Both the position numbers and the translations under genes were made by a program. A DNA stretch of 64,000 nt from Bacteroidales bacterium (GTDB lineage Bacteria > Bacteroidota > Bacteroidia > Bacteroidales > VadinHA17), in contig JAFGLJ010000029.1 in NCBI GenBank assembly GCA_016928075.1, positions 4,399 through 68,398 on the forward strand. The letters run 5' to 3'. Below, in pieces: positions 61,163 to 64,000 of the stretch (position 1 is the stretch's first letter; every line of letters begins with the position of its first letter). Under the pieces are notes generated by a model that was not told the origin of the DNA, did not search any database, and saw nothing but the letters and a program-made list of their open reading frames with translations.

Positions 61163-61696
61163 ATGCATTATATAAAAAACAGAGTAAGTCCATTCATAAT
61201 AAGCCTGACTGCCAGTCTCCTGTTATCTCACAGCCCGGCAGAAGCACAGTTCGCTGAAAGCCATTTAGGTGTAAGAGGTGGAATGTATGGAGGAATATAC
61301 TATCAGAATATAATACCGGCAGGTACGGCTGAAACATCATTTTTTGCCATGATATCGGCCAGCAGGGAGAGTGTTCGTGCTACTGTATTAAAATTAACCT
61401 ATGAAACCAGTCTAAGTGAGATTGCCGATAATCTATTCTTTGTCTGGGGGTATGGTGGCCATGCAGGTTTTTCTGTAACAGACCATACTTATTTCCTGGG
61501 CAGGAAGTATCAATTCGAATATTCACGATTCAGGCCCCTTATGGGGATGGACGGATGGGCAGGCCTTGAGTACAGATTCATAACCGTACCATTCTCTATT
61601 GGGCTTAATCTTAAACCGTATTTTGAACTGATGTTTCCCGGATTTGTCAGCATGGTACCCGGTGATATAGGACTGACCTTTGCTTACACATTTTAA
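61163..61696 (+). CDS. Hypothetical small outer-membrane beta-barrel
   Basis: Signal peptide, GLEYRF..PFSIG..LKP, C-terminal YTF. Confidence 0.65.
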   Translation: MHYIKNRVSPFIISLTASLLLSHSPAEAQFAESHLGVRGGMYGGIYYQNIIPAGTAETSFFAMISASRESVRATVLKLTYETSLSEIADNLFFVWGYGGHAGFSVTDHTYFLGRKYQFEYSRFRPLMGMDGWAGLEYRFITVPFSIGLNLKPYFELMFPGFVSMVPGDIGLTFAYTF

Positions 61697-61721
61697 CTCA
61701 GAAGAAACAAAAACATTAGAA

Positions 61722-62384
61722 ATGAAAAAACCTTTATTCATAATCCTTGTATCAGCTTTATCAGTAAACCTGGCAATGTCACAGGTGGAAGAAGAAAAGA
61801 AAGAAACAACCAGGGTTGAACGTGACCAGTATGAAATGAAGACACTATTCAACAGCAACCGGTCAAATGGGGGTTATGGCGCATTCTGGATAGGATATTC
61901 AATCATTGATGACAAAAATGCATTTCAGTTCGGAGGACGCGGATCATGGGTAATACAACATTCTTTTGCCATTGGTTTTGGTGGCACGGGCTTCATCAAT
62001 GAATATCATTATGACGCTGTGCTTGACAGGGATGTTTTCCTTACCGGAGGCTACGGTGGTGTATATCTGGAACCTATAGTGCTTCCTCAATCACCGGTGC
62101 ACCTCGCATTTCCAGTATTGATTGGAGCCGGGGGTGTATCTTTCGTTTCTTACGATGATGTCGACTGGGATTCAAATTATGTTGAGGATTATGAGGCTTT
62201 CCTGATAGTTGAACCATCCGCAGAGCTTGAACTCAACCTGGCCAGGTTTATGCGGATTGGCATCGGTTTATCATACCGGTACCCACTTCCTTTTAATGTG
62301 TCCCAATCACCGGCAGGTGCTGCTGATTCAAAAGCAATAGAAGGTTTAGCTTACAATTTAAGCTTTAAGTTTGGCTCATTTTAA
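61722..62384 (+). CDS. Hypothetical outer-membrane beta-barrel
   Basis: Signal peptide, GYGGVYLEP, C-terminal KFGSF. Confidence 0.65.
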   Translation: MKKPLFIILVSALSVNLAMSQVEEEKKETTRVERDQYEMKTLFNSNRSNGGYGAFWIGYSIIDDKNAFQFGGRGSWVIQHSFAIGFGGTGFINEYHYDAVLDRDVFLTGGYGGVYLEPIVLPQSPVHLAFPVLIGAGGVSFVSYDDVDWDSNYVEDYEAFLIVEPSAELELNLARFMRIGIGLSYRYPLPFNVSQSPAGAADSKAIEGLAYNLSFKFGSF

Positions 62385-62392
62385 TCTGAAAG

Positions 62393-64000
62393 TTAGAAAT
62401 TCGCCAGCCCTTCATCAAGCCAATCAATATAATCTTTGATATTAAGATTAAAGGCCATGGGTTCAACAAGTGGATTGCCTTCATGATCGGTTATAGCATA
62501 TAGGGGCTGGGTATTGGTGCCAAACATTGAAATTTCATGATCGGTATTGATCTGACCAAGTGTCTTCTTCACCTTGCCATCAATGTCGGAAGTAATCCAT
62601 TCATCTTCCGGTAGCCTGGTTCTGTCATCACAGTATAAAGCAATGATCACAAAATTATTTCTCAGTCGCTTCAGCACTTCGGGATCAGACCAGACCTTTG
62701 ACTCCATCTCTTTGCAGTTACTGCATGCATGTCCTTTGAAATCAATAAAGACGGGTATATTCCTTTCTTTGGCACAGGCCAGTCCCTGTTCAAGGTCGAA
62801 ATAACCAGTAAGCCCATATGGCAATTCGAACTTATCTGCATATTTAGGTTCCGAACATGCATTGTTTTCTACGGCTCGATACTCAGCAACAGGAGCCATT
62901 ACCAGAGATGATTTATTTTCAATGAGATCAAACCTTGCTGATGATTTTGAAGGCAGCAATCCCGAGATACCTTTAAGAGGTGCACCAAAAAGCCCAGGAA
63001 TAAGGTACACGGCAAAAGAGAAAACAGCTATTATGAGAATGAACCTGATGATTCCTATATGTTGCAGGTCACTATCATGTGCAAATTTAATCTTACCCAT
63101 GAGGTAAAGGCCAAGGAGGATGAACAGGACAATCCATATAGCCAGGTAAATATCTCGTGTCAGTATATTAAGCCCGTACACTTCATCTATTGTGGTAAGG
63201 AATTTCATACTGAAGGCAAGCATTAAAAAGCCGAGCACCACTTTAACAGAATTGAGCCAGCCTCCTGATTTGGGCAATTTGCTCATCACTGCGGGGAAGA
63301 GGGCAAAAAGGAAGAAAGGAATGGCAAAGCCCAGTCCAAAGCCAAACATGCCCACTGTGGGACGTAACACATGTCCACTGGCTGCTTCAACCAGCAAGGC
63401 CCCCACGATAGGTCCGGTGCAGGCAAATGAAACGAGCACCGTGGTTAAACCGAGAAAAAACGAAGCTATCATTCCGCCTTTATCAACCTTTGCATCGGCA
63501 CTGCTTACCCATTTGTTTGGTAAAATAATCTCATAAGCACCAAAAAATGAAGCAGCGAAAACTACAAACAGAATGAAAAACAGTATGTTGGGTATCCAGT
63601 GTGTACTGAGTGCATTAGCAAAACCAGCACCCGCACTGGTCAGTGATACAATAATCCCAACGGATGAATATATTAATACTATTGACAAAGCGAATATCAG
63701 CGCCTTAATAAATGATTTGCCCCTGGTTTCAGTGCCCTGCGAAAAAAAGGCTACTGTCATTGGTATCATAGGAAAGACACAGGGAGTTAGTATTGCTGCC
63801 ATACCAAGGAGGAATGACACCAGGAACAACCCGATAAGTCCCCTGTTGCTGGCATCAAAACCCCGGCTTCCGGTGGAAGATATATCCTCCACCCTATCAT
63901 CACCGGGAATACTTATATTAAATTCCCGGTCCTGCGGTGGTGAACACCTTTCATCATCACAGGCCATGAAAGTTACATACCCTTTAACACTGAAATTATC
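62393..64000 (-). CDS. dsbD: Thiol:disulfide interchange protein DsbD (5' end outside window)
   Basis: TPCVFPMIP, SFACTGP, LPKSGGWL, thioredoxin CSNC. Confidence 0.92.
   Translation of the reverse strand, partial: DNFSVKGYVTFMACDDERCSPPQDREFNISIPGDDRVEDISSTGSRGFDASNRGLIGLFLVSFLLGMAAILTPCVFPMIPMTVAFFSQGTETRGKSFIKALIFALSIVLIYSSVGIIVSLTSAGAGFANALSTHWIPNILFFILFVVFAASFFGAYEIILPNKWVSSADAKVDKGGMIASFFLGLTTVLVSFACTGPIVGALLVEAASGHVLRPTVGMFGFGLGFAIPFFLFALFPAVMSKLPKSGGWLNSVKVVLGFLMLAFSMKFLTTIDEVYGLNILTRDIYLAIWIVLFILLGLYLMGKIKFAHDSDLQHIGIIRFILIIAVFSFAVYLIPGLFGAPLKGISGLLPSKSSARFDLIENKSSLVMAPVAEYRAVENNACSEPKYADKFELPYGLTGYFDLEQGLACAKERNIPVFIDFKGHACSNCKEMESKVWSDPEVLKRLRNNFVIIALYCDDRTRLPEDEWITSDIDGKVKKTLGQINTDHEISMFGTNTQPLYAITDHEGNPLVEPMAFNLNIKDYIDWLDEGLANF

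Noticed and set aside
31-63536. Many short antisense or nested ORFs in the track
   Set aside because: They overlap well-supported genes and show no recognisable motifs

Overview
A 64-kb chromosomal segment of an anaerobic Bacteroidota (Bacteroidales-like) bacterium. The assignment rests on T9SS genes (porP, porG-like), TAnnTTTG promoters, little Shine-Dalgarno use and the conserved CBS-nadK-DUF6089-uppS-bamA-skp-skp-murI order. Most of the window is housekeeping: korAB, futalosine mqnBD, folE, fabD, pdxJ, prs-rplY-pth, lnt and dsbD. No rRNA, tRNA, CRISPR array, integrase or transposase was seen. Main observations: (1) a Mo/W locus at 91-8423 with short ModE, a decayed TonB receptor, an exported protein with two molybdopterin-oxidoreductase-like domains, AOR, DUF364 and ThiF/ThiS, linked by three ModE-type boxes and possibly a pterin-cofactor or metal import system; (2) a 5S rRNA loop-E mimic hairpin in the rplY (L25) leader; (3) two tandem, very large receiver/PPDK-ATP-grasp proteins just downstream of korAB; (4) an ECF sigma followed by a membrane-anchored PKD/T9SS-CTD protein and porP; (5) a ~3-kb apparently foreign HEAT-repeat islet bracketed by 76-77-bp direct repeats that look like a small RNA; (6) a shared ECF promoter motif and a 12 x 8-bp tandem repeat upstream of sodB. 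All calls come from reading the sequence and ORF track; no searches were run.
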